From contig OY771506.1 of NCBI GenBank assembly GCA_963674705.1, forward strand, positions 4,096,001-4,160,000: a stretch of DNA of 64,000 nt, read 5' to 3'. Each line of letters begins with the position of its first letter. The first letter of the stretch is position 1. Below, in pieces: positions 39,492 through 49,796 of this stretch. Both the position numbers and the translations under genes were made by a program. This DNA comes from Phycisphaeraceae bacterium. GTDB lineage: Bacteria > Planctomycetota > Phycisphaerae > Phycisphaerales > Phycisphaeraceae. Below the pieces are notes generated by a model. The model was not told where the DNA came from and ran no database searches. It saw only the letters and a list, made by a program, of their open reading frames with translations.

Positions 39492-40417
39492 GAAGTTGCA
39501 GGCTCCGTCACTTCAACCTCGCCCGGTGTCAGCCTTCCGACCGGCTCCACTACGCCGAGCATCAACCTCAATAAGTTCGGCACTTTCGGGTCCTGACGAT
39601 CACCCGCGCCATAACCCACCGCTTTCAGCGTCATCGCAGGCGGGGGCCCGAGCGTCTCACACAGCGCCTTCACGATCGCCGCACCTGTCGGCGTGACCAG
39701 TTCGCCCGTCCGATCCACGCCCACCGTCGGCAAGCCACGCATCAGGTACGCTGTCGCAGGCGCGGGCACAGGCATCAATCCGTGATCGCACTTCACAAAC
39801 CCACGCGATATCGGCAATGCCCCGCAACTGAGCGTGTCCACCTCCAACAATTCCAGCGCCACCGCCGCGCCCAGCATGTCCACGATCGAATCGATCGCTC
39901 CGACCTCATGGAAGTGCACCTTCTCGATCGGCATCCCGTGCACCTCCGCCTCGGCTTCGGCCAGCGCAGTCGTAATCCGCCTGGCACGCTCCCGGGCCCG
40001 CTCGGATGTGTCCAGCTTGTCTATCATCGCCATGATGTCGCGGTAGTGCGTGTGGTGATGATGGTGATGACCGTGGTCGTGGTCATGTGAATGGCCGTGA
40101 TCGTGCGTATGGCCGGGATGCTTATGATCGTGGTCATGTCCGTGATGATGGTCATGGCTATGACCGTGTCCGTGGGGATCATGTTCGTGGTGATGATGGT
40201 GCTCGTGGTCCGACTGACCGTCCAGCACCTTCAGGTCCACCGCGCCGATCCCGTGCCGCTGCACGCGCTGCGTTGTGATCCGGCACTTCTCGGACACGCC
40301 CAACGGCTCAAACGCCTTGGTGATAGCCTCCACCGCCACACCCAGATCCACCGCCGCGCCCAGGAACATGTCCCCCGCGATGCCGCTGAAGGGGTCGATA
40401 TGCAAATGTGTTGTCAT
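39488..40417 (-). CDS. larC: LarC-family nickel insertion protein (N-terminal domain only)
   Basis: DPFSGIAGDMFLGA, His-rich linker, AEAEVHG..VHFHEVGAIDSIVD, HG.MPVPAPAT, ELVTPTGAA. Confidence 0.87.
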   Translation of the reverse strand: MTTHLHIDPFSGIAGDMFLGAAVDLGVAVEAITKAFEPLGVSEKCRITTQRVQRHGIGAVDLKVLDGQSDHEHHHHHEHDPHGHGHSHDHHHGHDHDHKHPGHTHDHGHSHDHDHGHHHHHHTHYRDIMAMIDKLDTSERARERARRITTALAEAEAEVHGMPIEKVHFHEVGAIDSIVDMLGAAVALELLEVDTLSCGALPISRGFVKCDHGLMPVPAPATAYLMRGLPTVGVDRTGELVTPTGAAIVKALCETLGPPPAMTLKAVGYGAGDRQDPKVPNLLRLMLGVVEPVGRLTPGEVEVTEPATS

Positions 40418-40604
40418 GCCGCCATCATAGCCCGCCCGAAGGCCACGCTCCACGATTTGATAAATCTATTAACAATCGCATGTTCTGAATCCACGGATGT
40501 TGCAGGAAGTGCCCCGGATTGACCGATCAGGTTAGAGGGCTACGCTTACCCATGGATAAGCCGTATCAGCAAACCCCCATGCAGAATCCACCGAGGTAAC
40601 CTCA

Positions 40605-41711
40605 ATGTCTGAAGACCATAATCCCAACCAACCGCCCCAGCCTGAGGGTCGGCCGCCCGTCAACCCATCCTACTCCGCTCCGCCGCCTCCGCCGCCTCCG
40701 GGATATCCTCCGCCATACTACGCCCCGCCTGCCGCTAAACCCGCCGGCGGCGTAATCACCAAGGTCGCGACATCATTAGTCGCCACCATCTTTATCTCCT
40801 CGCTGTTCCTGAACCTGTACCTCGGCTGGATCGTTTCCCAGCAGGTCTCGCTCTCGCCGGTTGTCGAACAGAGCTATCAGGACGGCGAAACCACCGAACG
40901 TATCGTGATCCTGCCGATCAACGGCATGATCAACGACGAAACCGCCAGCTTCGTACGCCAGGCGATCAAGGCATTGGATGAGAATCCACCGGCCGCAATC
41001 GTCCTGCGTGTCAACTCCGGCGGCGGCGGCGTCGGCGCTTCCGACCGCATCTGGCACCAGATCGATCAGTACAAGCAGAAGCACCCGAACGTGAAAATGG
41101 TCGCCAGCTTCGGCTCATACGCAGCCAGCGGTGGATACTACGTCTCCACCCCTTCCGACCACATCATCGCCGAGACCACCTGCATCACCGGCAGCATCGG
41201 CGTGATGGGCCAGCTCTTCACCTTCGAGGGCCTGCTCGACAAGGTCGGCGTCGATCCGATTACGATGGTCGCCACGGAAAGCCCGAACAAGGACACCGCT
41301 AACAACCTCACGCGCACCTGGACCGAGCAGGACCGCGAAGTGCTGCAAGTCTTGCTGGATAATGCTTACGAGCGTTTCCTGGAGGTCGTCGTGCAGGGCC
41401 GTGACGGCATCCTCGACGAAGCCCAAGTCCGTGCAATCGCAGACGGCCGCGTCCTGACCGCCCAGCAGGCGCTGGATGCCAAGATCGTGGACGAGATCGG
41501 CTACCTCGACGACGCCATCGTCAAGGCCGCCGACATGGTCCAGCTCGATCCCGCCAAGGTGCGCGTAACCGTGCTCGGGCCCAAACCGACGTTCATGCAG
41601 GCACTGCTCGGCGCGGATACCAAGCTGCCTGAACTGAACGCCGAGCAGGTCCGCTCCGCCATGACGGAGATGGGCACGCCCCAGTTGAACTACCAGATGA
41701 TGCTGCGATGA
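40605..41711 (+). CDS. sppA: Signal peptide peptidase SppA (S49)
   Basis: RVNSGGG, AASGGYYVS, TGSIGV. Confidence 0.87.
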   Translation: MSEDHNPNQPPQPEGRPPVNPSYSAPPPPPPPGYPPPYYAPPAAKPAGGVITKVATSLVATIFISSLFLNLYLGWIVSQQVSLSPVVEQSYQDGETTERIVILPINGMINDETASFVRQAIKALDENPPAAIVLRVNSGGGGVGASDRIWHQIDQYKQKHPNVKMVASFGSYAASGGYYVSTPSDHIIAETTCITGSIGVMGQLFTFEGLLDKVGVDPITMVATESPNKDTANNLTRTWTEQDREVLQVLLDNAYERFLEVVVQGRDGILDEAQVRAIADGRVLTAQQALDAKIVDEIGYLDDAIVKAADMVQLDPAKVRVTVLGPKPTFMQALLGADTKLPELNAEQVRSAMTEMGTPQLNYQMMLR

Positions 41712-43138
41712 GAACCTCGCCTTTCATAGTGCTATTCATGGCAGCGATGGTCGGCTGGCTTCCGGGTTGTGCGACCGGGCCGGTGGATGATCCGCTGGCG
41801 GTGATGGTCGACCGATCGCGCGATCCGTCTCAGCGTATCGCGGCGGCCGAGCAGCTTGGTGCGATCAATACCACGCACAACCCCAAGCAGGTCACCATAA
41901 CCCTGCACAACCTGCTTTGGTCCGATGGCGAACCGACCGAACTACGCCTGCTGGCAATGGACCGGCTCATCGAGGACGACGCTGACGCGTTCTGGACGGT
42001 AGCGCTGAACAGGATACGTGAAGTCGATAACTGGGAAGTGCTGAACCCGCTGATCGACCGCATGGTCGAGCAGGGCGATCCGGCATTCACGGTGACGCTG
42101 ATCCGCAGCTATGTGCGTGAATCACAAGTCCTCAGCGATTCGAATCGTCCGGAATACAAGGCGATTGCCGCGCTGAATCCGGGCAAAACAGTAGATCAGG
42201 CGATCTGGGAAGTGATCGACAGCGATGACAACGATATCGACCTGACGCTGCGCGTCGATGCCTGGACGCTGTACAACCGCCTTGCCGGCGAGGACCAGGC
42301 AAGACAGCAACTGATGCACGTAAGCAGCACGCACCCGCTGATCCTGAACCTCCAGGATGCGGCGTGGCTCGATCACATCCCCGCCAACCGCGAGGGCGTA
42401 CTCTGGCTGCTGGAACTGCGCAGCAGTCAGCACATGGACTTCTGGCAGGCTGCCAGACAGCGGGCGCAGCAACTTAACGCTGAGCAGCAAGACGGCCTGT
42501 CGCTGAGGCATCTGCCTGTGTTGATGGAAGCCAGCGACGAGCAACTCACCACGCAGCGATACCAGATGCTTGAGCGGATCAATGAGCGTGTGCCTGATCA
42601 GTCGTATCAGTTGACACAGTTCAAGCAACCGCCGCTGCATCTGCTGGGCGCAACGCCGTTGATGTTCAAGAACGCAACGCAGCAGATCGATTACCTGGGC
42701 AAACTCAGTTGGGCCGACATGCTCGCACTGGAGTTCATCCTGGATGCGCTGGAAGACAAGGCGTTTGTCCAGGAGGTCTTCCGCCAGGCTGACGCAGACA
42801 TGGCCGACACCGAAACCGAGCACGGCGGCGTCATGATCTATCGCGACGGCAAGCTGCACCCGATCATCTTCCCGCCGGACCTGAAGATACACGACCGCAA
42901 GTTCTACTCATCCGATGCGCTGATCCAACGCATGTACACGAGCTTCTTCCATTACCACTATCACGTACAGGAATACCGCAACACGCAGTACGCGATCCCC
43001 GGCGACGGCGACATGGCGTTTGCTCAGCGTGTCGGGCCTTCCGCATTGGTGTTCACCTTCATTAACCGTAACACGATCGATGTCGATTACTACCAGCCCG
43101 ACGGCCTGATCGTCGACCTCGGCAACATCCGGCGGTAA
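41708..43138 (+). CDS. Lipoprotein with helical repeats and a C-terminal JAB/MPN-like motif
   Basis: Lipobox WLPGC; EHGG...HYHYH...PGDGD. Confidence 0.7.
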   Translation: MRTSPFIVLFMAAMVGWLPGCATGPVDDPLAVMVDRSRDPSQRIAAAEQLGAINTTHNPKQVTITLHNLLWSDGEPTELRLLAMDRLIEDDADAFWTVALNRIREVDNWEVLNPLIDRMVEQGDPAFTVTLIRSYVRESQVLSDSNRPEYKAIAALNPGKTVDQAIWEVIDSDDNDIDLTLRVDAWTLYNRLAGEDQARQQLMHVSSTHPLILNLQDAAWLDHIPANREGVLWLLELRSSQHMDFWQAARQRAQQLNAEQQDGLSLRHLPVLMEASDEQLTTQRYQMLERINERVPDQSYQLTQFKQPPLHLLGATPLMFKNATQQIDYLGKLSWADMLALEFILDALEDKAFVQEVFRQADADMADTETEHGGVMIYRDGKLHPIIFPPDLKIHDRKFYSSDALIQRMYTSFFHYHYHVQEYRNTQYAIPGDGDMAFAQRVGPSALVFTFINRNTIDVDYYQPDGLIVDLGNIRR

Positions 43139-43147
43139 TACGAATAA

Positions 43148-43981
43148 TCAATCAGTATTACAGTGTTTGACCGCAAAGTTACAGACCGCGTCGAACATCT
43201 GCTGGGTTTCCGCCGGCGGCGTCTGATCCATCGGCAGTGGATTCGGACAGTTGAAGGTGTGGCCGGCGCCTTTGATGATGAGCAACTCGGCGTTCGGTTG
43301 AGCGGCGTGAAGTTCGCGAGCTTCGTCTAAAGGGACGGTCGGATCGTCGCTGCCGTGGATCAGAAGCAGGGGTTTTTTGATCGCCGCGGCGGCCCGGCAG
43401 GGGTCGTGCCAGAGCGGATCGGCGTCTATCTCATCTTGCCAGATTTTGCCAATGTAGAGTGTCTGTCCCGTGCGCGCAGACATGGTCGGTGCGCGCGATG
43501 TGCGCATGAGTTGGTCCTTTTCTGTCCCAGAAATGCGACTACATGCGCTGGGCGCCGCGGCGGTTACCACGGCCGCCAACTGATCCTGAATCTCAGCTTC
43601 GCGCCCCGTTAAAAGTGTTGTGATCCCGCCGCGACTATGCCCGAACAACACCATTGGCAAACCGATTTGTTTCTTCGATTCGATCACCGTCCGCAGGTCC
43701 GCCGACTGTTTACGCCAAGTGTCCAACTCGAAAAGGTCGGGCCGTTCGAAGGTGTCGATGTTGTTGGTCATGCCGGAGTGGGAGAAGTTGAAGCGATGCG
43801 CGATAAGACCGACAGTTGAAGCCGCCTCCGCCAGAGCGGGGAAGAATCCGTAGTCTTTGTAACCCTTGAATCCGTGGCTGATGATGAGGATGCCGATTGG
43901 ATCAATGTCCGGCATGTGCGTGTTACCGAGGATTGTTTCGTTGTTTGATCCGGGAATAGACCAGCTTGTTATCTTGGACAT
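43148..43981 (-). CDS. Alpha/beta hydrolase
   Basis: HGFKG, GHSRGG, HGSDD, GHTF. Confidence 0.88.
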   Translation of the reverse strand: MSKITSWSIPGSNNETILGNTHMPDIDPIGILIISHGFKGYKDYGFFPALAEAASTVGLIAHRFNFSHSGMTNNIDTFERPDLFELDTWRKQSADLRTVIESKKQIGLPMVLFGHSRGGITTLLTGREAEIQDQLAAVVTAAAPSACSRISGTEKDQLMRTSRAPTMSARTGQTLYIGKIWQDEIDADPLWHDPCRAAAAIKKPLLLIHGSDDPTVPLDEARELHAAQPNAELLIIKGAGHTFNCPNPLPMDQTPPAETQQMFDAVCNFAVKHCNTD

Positions 43982-43990
43982 GACTTCTCC

Positions 43991-44518
43991 TTACGTGGCG
44001 GACTTTATCGTAAGTGTATCCCAATCTTCGGTGGTTATGGCGTAGCGCTCGTGGTCGCGCCATTGGTTGTCGATGAAGAGGTAACGCGGCGAGTAACCTT
44101 CGTGGCGGAAACCCAGTGACTGCACGAGTTTAATTGAGGGGCGATTGTCCGGCTGGATGTTGGCTTCGAGTCGGTGCAGGTCGTGCGTGTCGAAGGCTTG
44201 GGTGATGACTAGCGACATCGCTTGTTTCATCAGGCCTTTACCGACGAAGGGGACGAAGCCGTAATGGCCTAGGAATGCGGAGCAGAATCGTCCGCGGACA
44301 ATCTCGTTGATATTGATGCAGCCGACGAGTTGATCTTCATCGCCGACGGCCAGGTAGCTGATGTTGTTTTCGCTTTGATATTTTTCGATGTATGCGACAA
44401 ACTCGTCGTGAGTCTGCGGCGCGGATATCCAGGGATGTAGAACGTCCTGGCTGCGTTTTACCGCTTCGATGAAAGGCATTTCGTCTTCGGGTTGTGGGGG
44501 GCGTATGGTGATCGACAT
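43991..44518 (-). CDS. GNAT acetyltransferase (RimJ-like)
   Basis: GKGLM, LHRLEANIQPDN, GFRHEG, WRDHERYA. Confidence 0.88.
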   Translation of the reverse strand: MSITIRPPQPEDEMPFIEAVKRSQDVLHPWISAPQTHDEFVAYIEKYQSENNISYLAVGDEDQLVGCININEIVRGRFCSAFLGHYGFVPFVGKGLMKQAMSLVITQAFDTHDLHRLEANIQPDNRPSIKLVQSLGFRHEGYSPRYLFIDNQWRDHERYAITTEDWDTLTIKSAT

Positions 44519-44525
44519 CGGTAAA

Positions 44526-45758
44526 TCAGGGCGCGTTGTCGTAGCCGGTCCATTGCTGGTAGTAGGGCGTCACGTCCTCGCCGGCGGCCAGTGACATGTA
44601 CTTCATGAGTTCGGCTTTGGTCATATGGCGGCCGGGGGTGAAGTCGAGTTTGCCTTCTTTTCCCGCATCATAACAGAGGTGGAAGAACTTCTTGAAGAGG
44701 TCCGGGCCGAACTTCATGCGCAGCGCGTACTGGATGTCGTCGACACTTTCGAACTTGTTGTTCGGGTTTTCGAGCACGGCTCGGCCGCGCTCGACGCACT
44801 GTCGGTAGTACGGGTTATCCATCGGCTTTTCGTGTTGCGGGAAGAGCGTCGGGGCCCAGTCGAATGTCGTGAGCATCCGGATGGACGACTCATCGAACCA
44901 CCACGGGAAGTGGGCCTCGTAGAAAAGGTGTGTCATTTCATGACACCAGTTGCCTTGCTCGGTGGGCATGATCTCGGCGCGGAAGAAGACGCCCCATTGG
45001 TTCTGGTAGGACGTCGCGCCGGGATTATCCCAGCGGGCTTCTTCGATCAGGTGGATCAAGATCGGTGTTTTCGGGGCCCATCCCATGTACTGTTTGTAGT
45101 GTTCGTAGATACGGCCGAAGTGTTTGAAGAGTTTGTCGGGCGGCATGTTCAGCTTCACGCCGGGCGTTGCACGGATCTCGAACCTTTGGTTTTCAGACCG
45201 TGCCAGTGCGGTGCTCTGCATGGCGGGGGGTAGGATGCCGCCTTGGTCAGGCATAACGAAGAAGCAGTCGATGTTGGTCGTGCTGTGTTCGGCGGGGCTT
45301 TGCAGCGTGAATGTATGTTCACCTTTATCCAGTTTGGGCAGATCGATGAAGATCGTTTTGAAGAGGTCCCACCAGCCGGTGTCGGGGACGTGGACTTCGA
45401 CGGGATCATTATTGTCAACGGTGAGTGTCAGTGCGCGTGGTGATTCTTTGATATTCGCGTAGTGCAGATAGTCGCCTTCGGCAAATGAATAACGGATGCC
45501 GAGTCGTGGAGAAGTCATGGTCTGCTCGATGGTAACATTAAATTGGATTCTGTCGCCCACGGCGCGGCCCCAGAAAGCCGGCGTGATCGCACCATTGCTG
45601 GCCCAGATGGTCGGATGAGCTTGCGAACCGGCGGCGCACTGGATCGCGGACTGTTCGGCTTCGATGACCTGGATCGGTATCGCCTGCTGCGCGGACACGG
45701 ATCGAATCAGCGAGAAGACGATAGTCAGACTGATTAAAAAAAGCCGTGCAAGTCTCAT
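44526..45758 (-). CDS. Secreted zinc metallopeptidase-like protein with CBM6/35-like domain
   Basis: Signal peptide, IEAE/DTGWW/NIDCF, HEMTH...WFDE. Confidence 0.7.
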   Translation of the reverse strand: MRLARLFLISLTIVFSLIRSVSAQQAIPIQVIEAEQSAIQCAAGSQAHPTIWASNGAITPAFWGRAVGDRIQFNVTIEQTMTSPRLGIRYSFAEGDYLHYANIKESPRALTLTVDNNDPVEVHVPDTGWWDLFKTIFIDLPKLDKGEHTFTLQSPAEHSTTNIDCFFVMPDQGGILPPAMQSTALARSENQRFEIRATPGVKLNMPPDKLFKHFGRIYEHYKQYMGWAPKTPILIHLIEEARWDNPGATSYQNQWGVFFRAEIMPTEQGNWCHEMTHLFYEAHFPWWFDESSIRMLTTFDWAPTLFPQHEKPMDNPYYRQCVERGRAVLENPNNKFESVDDIQYALRMKFGPDLFKKFFHLCYDAGKEGKLDFTPGRHMTKAELMKYMSLAAGEDVTPYYQQWTGYDNAP

Positions 45759-45934
45759 ATCTACCTCCGAATCTGGTGAATGATGTATGCGTGGCATCAG
45801 ACGTGCATCATGATAGACGGTTCCCCGGAGGGTGGTGGTTAGGCGCGAAAACAGAAGATGAGTAATAAAGAAACCCGGCCAAACCCCTCGGGTATGACCG
45901 GGCTTTGGGTTGTTGAATCTTGGATTGTGGATAG

Positions 45935-46963
45935 TTAGCCGATGCGTTCAATGACGGCGTCGGCGAACTGGTCGGTGCCGAGGGTGCCGCCGAGGTCGCG
46001 GGTTTTTTGTTGGTCTTCGAGTGCCTTGTCATAGGCGGCTTTGATAGCTTCGGCGGACTGTTTGCAGGCGTCGTCCTTCTTGGTCTCGGCGAGGTGATTG
46101 AGCATCATCACGGCGGACATGAGCAGGGCGAGCGGGTTGGCGATGTTTTGGCCGGCGATGTCCGGGGCGCTGCCGTGGACGGCTTCGAAGACGGCATCTT
46201 CATCACCGATGTTGGAGCCGGGCACGACACCGAGGCCGCCGACGAGGCCTGCGGCGAGGTCGGAGACGACGTCGCCGTAGAAGTTTTCCATGAGCAGGAT
46301 GTCGAACTGTGTCGGGTCTTGGACGAGTTTCATGCAGCCGGCGTCAATGATGCGTGCGTCGTAGGGGATGTTCGGGAATTCCTCATCGTGGACCTTCTGC
46401 ACGCAGTCGAGGAACAGGCCGTCGGACATCTTCATGATGTTGGCCTTATGGAAGACGGTGATCTTCTCGCGGCCGCGGCGTTTGGCGTAGACAAAGGCGC
46501 GGCGGGCGATGCGTTCACAGGCTTTGGTCGTAGCAACCTTGAGGCTGGTGACAACGCCGGGGGTGATCATGTTTTCGACGCCGGAGTAGAGGCCCTCGGT
46601 GTTCTCGCGGAAGATGACGAGGTCGACATCTTCGAAGCGTGTGGGCACGCCGGGGAGGCTGCGTACGGGGCGGATGGCGGCGAAGAGGTCCAGGCGTTTG
46701 CGTAGCTGGACGTTGACGGAGGTAAAGCCTTTGCCGACGGGCGTGGTGCATGGGCCCTTCAGCGCGACGTGATGCTCGCGGATAGCGTCGATCGTCGATT
46801 GGGGCAAAACTTCGTTGCCATCTTCGAGGGCGATGAGGCCCGCGTGGTGTTCGTGGAAGCGGACGGGGGCTTTGGCGGCCTCGAGGACCTTCTGCACAGC
46901 GGCGGAGACTTCGAGCCCGATACCGTCACCGGGGATCAATACGGCGTCGTGAATAGTTGGCAT
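45935..46963 (-). CDS. Isocitrate/isopropylmalate dehydrogenase family (NAD-dependent Icd-like)
   Basis: IPGDGIG, RENTEGLY, HKANIMKMSDG, FEAVHGSAPDIAG. Confidence 0.88.
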   Translation of the reverse strand: MPTIHDAVLIPGDGIGLEVSAAVQKVLEAAKAPVRFHEHHAGLIALEDGNEVLPQSTIDAIREHHVALKGPCTTPVGKGFTSVNVQLRKRLDLFAAIRPVRSLPGVPTRFEDVDLVIFRENTEGLYSGVENMITPGVVTSLKVATTKACERIARRAFVYAKRRGREKITVFHKANIMKMSDGLFLDCVQKVHDEEFPNIPYDARIIDAGCMKLVQDPTQFDILLMENFYGDVVSDLAAGLVGGLGVVPGSNIGDEDAVFEAVHGSAPDIAGQNIANPLALLMSAVMMLNHLAETKKDDACKQSAEAIKAAYDKALEDQQKTRDLGGTLGTDQFADAVIERIG

Positions 46964-47091
46964 GGGGGGAGTATAAATAGTAAAGGCACGAATTACGAAT
47001 GCACGAATGACGAAAAGCGCGTATCAAATAACCGCGTGCTGAAGCACGCTCGCCATAGGGATTTTAAAGATGTTGGGGTACGTCTGATGAG

Positions 47092-48135
47092 TTAGACGCT
47101 TTGGGCGGCTTGTTGGCCGGCGGCGCGTTCGCGTAGGCCGTCCATGTAGTCGCGGGCTTCCTGGGCCATGCGGGTGTTGGGGAACTCGCGGATGATCTGT
47201 TCGCCGACGCGGATGGCCTTGACCCATTCCTTGTCCTGGACAGCCATTTTGTACTGGACGCCGAGGTTATCGCGTTTCTTGCCGATCACGCCGCGGGCGA
47301 TTTCACGGAAGGGTTCGGCCTCACGCTCGGAGAGGTAGCCGTCCAGTTGCTTGAGCAGTTCGATCGCGCCTTCGACGTCGTCCTTCTGAGCGGCGGCGAG
47401 GAAGTCGCGTTCGAGTTGATGCTTGTAATCTTCCTGAGCCTGGGCGACGACCTTGTCCAGTTCCTGGACGCGCGTATTATCAGGATAAATCCGTTTGATT
47501 TTCAGAGCGTCGGTCATCGCCTGCTTGTAGTCGTGTGCGGCGATGATCTGATCGAGGCGCTGCAGCAGGACGGTGATACGGGCGTCGATTTCGCTGCTGC
47601 GTGCGGTAGCGATCTGTTCGCGGAATTCCTCGGCCTCTTCGCGGTAGCCGAAGGTCTGACTCATTTCCTGGACCAGCACGAGCGCGGCGTCGAAGTCCTT
47701 CTTCTGGATGTCTTCACGGATCGCTTCGCGCAGGGCGTTGACGTCTTCATTGCGGTAGGCGATGCGCTTGGCGGTATCGCTGAGCAGCATGCGGTCGGCG
47801 ATGATCTGGAGTTGAGCCATCAACTCACCCTGGTCGCCGGATTCAACGCGTGCTGGTACGCCACGGCTCGCCCGGCCGTAGACGCCGCAACGGACGCCGC
47901 CGGCGATGAGGCAGTAGACGCTGGCCATACCGAGAATCACGCTGCACAGGTAGGCGATGTAGGAGATGACCAACTCCGCGGCCGGCTGCTCGAAGGTAAC
48001 TTGCGTAAGCGCGACGCTGGCGGCAAGTGCAACGACGGCAGAAGCGACCATCAACAACGCGGCGGCGGCGAACATGCCGTCGGGTGTTGCGAAGAATGAC
48101 GGGCTCTTGCTGCTGGCTTGTTCTTCCTGGCTCAT
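47092..48135 (-). CDS. Conserved hypothetical membrane protein with helical C-terminus
   Basis: Two N-terminal TMs; GAGGA RBS. Confidence 0.78.
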   Translation of the reverse strand: MSQEEQASSKSPSFFATPDGMFAAAALLMVASAVVALAASVALTQVTFEQPAAELVISYIAYLCSVILGMASVYCLIAGGVRCGVYGRASRGVPARVESGDQGELMAQLQIIADRMLLSDTAKRIAYRNEDVNALREAIREDIQKKDFDAALVLVQEMSQTFGYREEAEEFREQIATARSSEIDARITVLLQRLDQIIAAHDYKQAMTDALKIKRIYPDNTRVQELDKVVAQAQEDYKHQLERDFLAAAQKDDVEGAIELLKQLDGYLSEREAEPFREIARGVIGKKRDNLGVQYKMAVQDKEWVKAIRVGEQIIREFPNTRMAQEARDYMDGLRERAAGQQAAQSV

Positions 48136-48215
48136 GGTTCGGTCCTCATCGGTGTACGTGCTGCAACCGTCTATGGCTAAGGTTTGACGAAGTCCCGCTC
48201 ATGGTGATGCGAAGC

Positions 48216-48605
48216 TCAAAACGATCCCGGCGTGGGGGAGACGGTCCCGCCGCAATCAAACTCGGTGGGGACGAAGCACATGAATTTGAGCACGTCGTCG
48301 CCGGTGTTGCGGAACTGGTGTGTCTGGTTTGCCGGGATGAAAAGCACATCACCCGCTTTGGCGGGTGCGTCGTTGCCCTGATCGTTGTCCTTGCCAACCA
48401 TGGCCTGGCCCTGGAGGATCATGACCTCGTGCTCGTAGTTGTGGCTATGACGGGGGGTGCATCCGCCGGGTTGTACCTCGAAGAGGCGCATGGCGAAGTT
48501 GGGTGCACCATCATCGCGGCCAACCATCAGCCGCATCGTGACACCTTCGGCACCGGGCATATCCATCACGCGAGCATCTACGTCCTGTGGCTTACGAATC
48601 AACAT
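48216..48605 (-). CDS. Cupin-domain protein
   Basis: PRHSHNYEHE...HQFRN. Confidence 0.85.
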   Translation of the reverse strand: MLIRKPQDVDARVMDMPGAEGVTMRLMVGRDDGAPNFAMRLFEVQPGGCTPRHSHNYEHEVMILQGQAMVGKDNDQGNDAPAKAGDVLFIPANQTHQFRNTGDDVLKFMCFVPTEFDCGGTVSPTPGSF

Positions 48606-48951
48606 GTGTGGGTCCTTCCAGAGGGCAGTCCCTGATCAGTACAAGGTATTGTAATCTTTGGGTCGGTTAAAAGCGACGCGCGGAACAGTCAAATCATGTC
48701 AGGCAAGAGGTTTGGGCCTAAAAGCAGGCGGATGTGGGGGGTGTAGCGGTGGTAGGGGTTGTGGGGACGGGGGGAGGATGAGCGGGGGACGGGGGAGGAT
48801 GTTGGATAAGTTTGGACCGCGTGCTGAAGCACGCTCGCCGGGAGGGGGGAGTGAGTAAGGGGGAGCAGTGGGAAGGCGACCCCGGCCAAAGCCCTGCGGG
48901 CTATGACCGGGCTTTGGGTGCGGGCTATGACCGGGCTTTTTTTGGTGGGGA

Positions 48952-49659
48952 TTATTTGCGGAAGAGGATGTGCATCTGGATGGTGAGGTTGCAGGCTTTG
49001 CAGCGGGTTTTGCCGGTGATTTTCTTTTTATCCCATTGGAGTGGGCCGTCGTTGAGCATGGCGGCGGCGGCGTGGACGCAGAAGCCTTCTGGGGTGGTTG
49101 GGCCGAAGGTGTATTCGTTGTTGGTGGAACAGCCTGCGAGGCATTTGCGGTTGGGGCCGGAGAGTTTGGCGGTCCAGCAGGGGGTTGAGGGGGAGGTTTG
49201 AGGCTTGAGGGGTGAGGCTTGAGGGGGGGAGCTTTGGGGGGTCTCGGTGGTGACGTCGGATTTGTGGTCCATGGCGAGGTTGGCCAGTTCGTCGGCGCGT
49301 TGGTTTTTGTCGCGGTAGACGTGTTGGATCTTCCAGTCGGTGAAGTCGGCGAGCAGTATTTTGGCTTGCTCGTAGAGGGGTTTGAGGTCGGGGGATTTGA
49401 CGCGATATTGGCCGGTGATCTGGCGGACGAGTAGTTCGGAGTCGCTGTGGATGTCGAGTTTTTCGCCGCCGAGGGTTTTGGCTTGTTCGAGCGAGCGGAT
49501 GAGGCCTTGATATTCGGCAACGTTGTTGGTGCACTTGCCTAAGAAGTGGCCGGCTTCGTAGAGGGTTTTGTCGGTGTCAGCATTGCGGATGACGATGCCG
49601 GCGGAGGCGGGGCCTGGGTTGCCGCGTGAGCCGCCGTCGAAGTGGATGATGAGGTTCAC
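48952..49659 (-). CDS. Ribonuclease HI-family protein with Cys-rich C-terminal extension
   Basis: DGGSRGNPG, TNNVAEY, DSELLV, NQRADELAN. Confidence 0.87.
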   Translation of the reverse strand: MNLIIHFDGGSRGNPGPASAGIVIRNADTDKTLYEAGHFLGKCTNNVAEYQGLIRSLEQAKTLGGEKLDIHSDSELLVRQITGQYRVKSPDLKPLYEQAKILLADFTDWKIQHVYRDKNQRADELANLAMDHKSDVTTETPQSSPPQASPLKPQTSPSTPCWTAKLSGPNRKCLAGCSTNNEYTFGPTTPEGFCVHAAAAMLNDGPLQWDKKKITGKTRCKACNLTIQMHILFRK

Positions 49660-49796
49660 GGTTGAGTGGTCCCGGAGGTTGGTATCTGGGTGGACTTGTT
49701 GTTATTAGAAACGCAAGGAATCCGGCCCTCATCCTAGCCATTTCCGGGGGGACTCCCGAGGGGAAAAGGGACCGGAAAGAGGCTTACAACCGGGAT

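Noticed and set aside
40454..43147. oriC at the apparent skew switch
   Set aside because: No DnaA-box cluster or AT-rich unwinding region seen; region is nearly all coding
48699..49534. Pro-rich and Arg-rich overlapping ORFs
   Set aside because: Alternative frames of the strongly skewed RNase HI gene region
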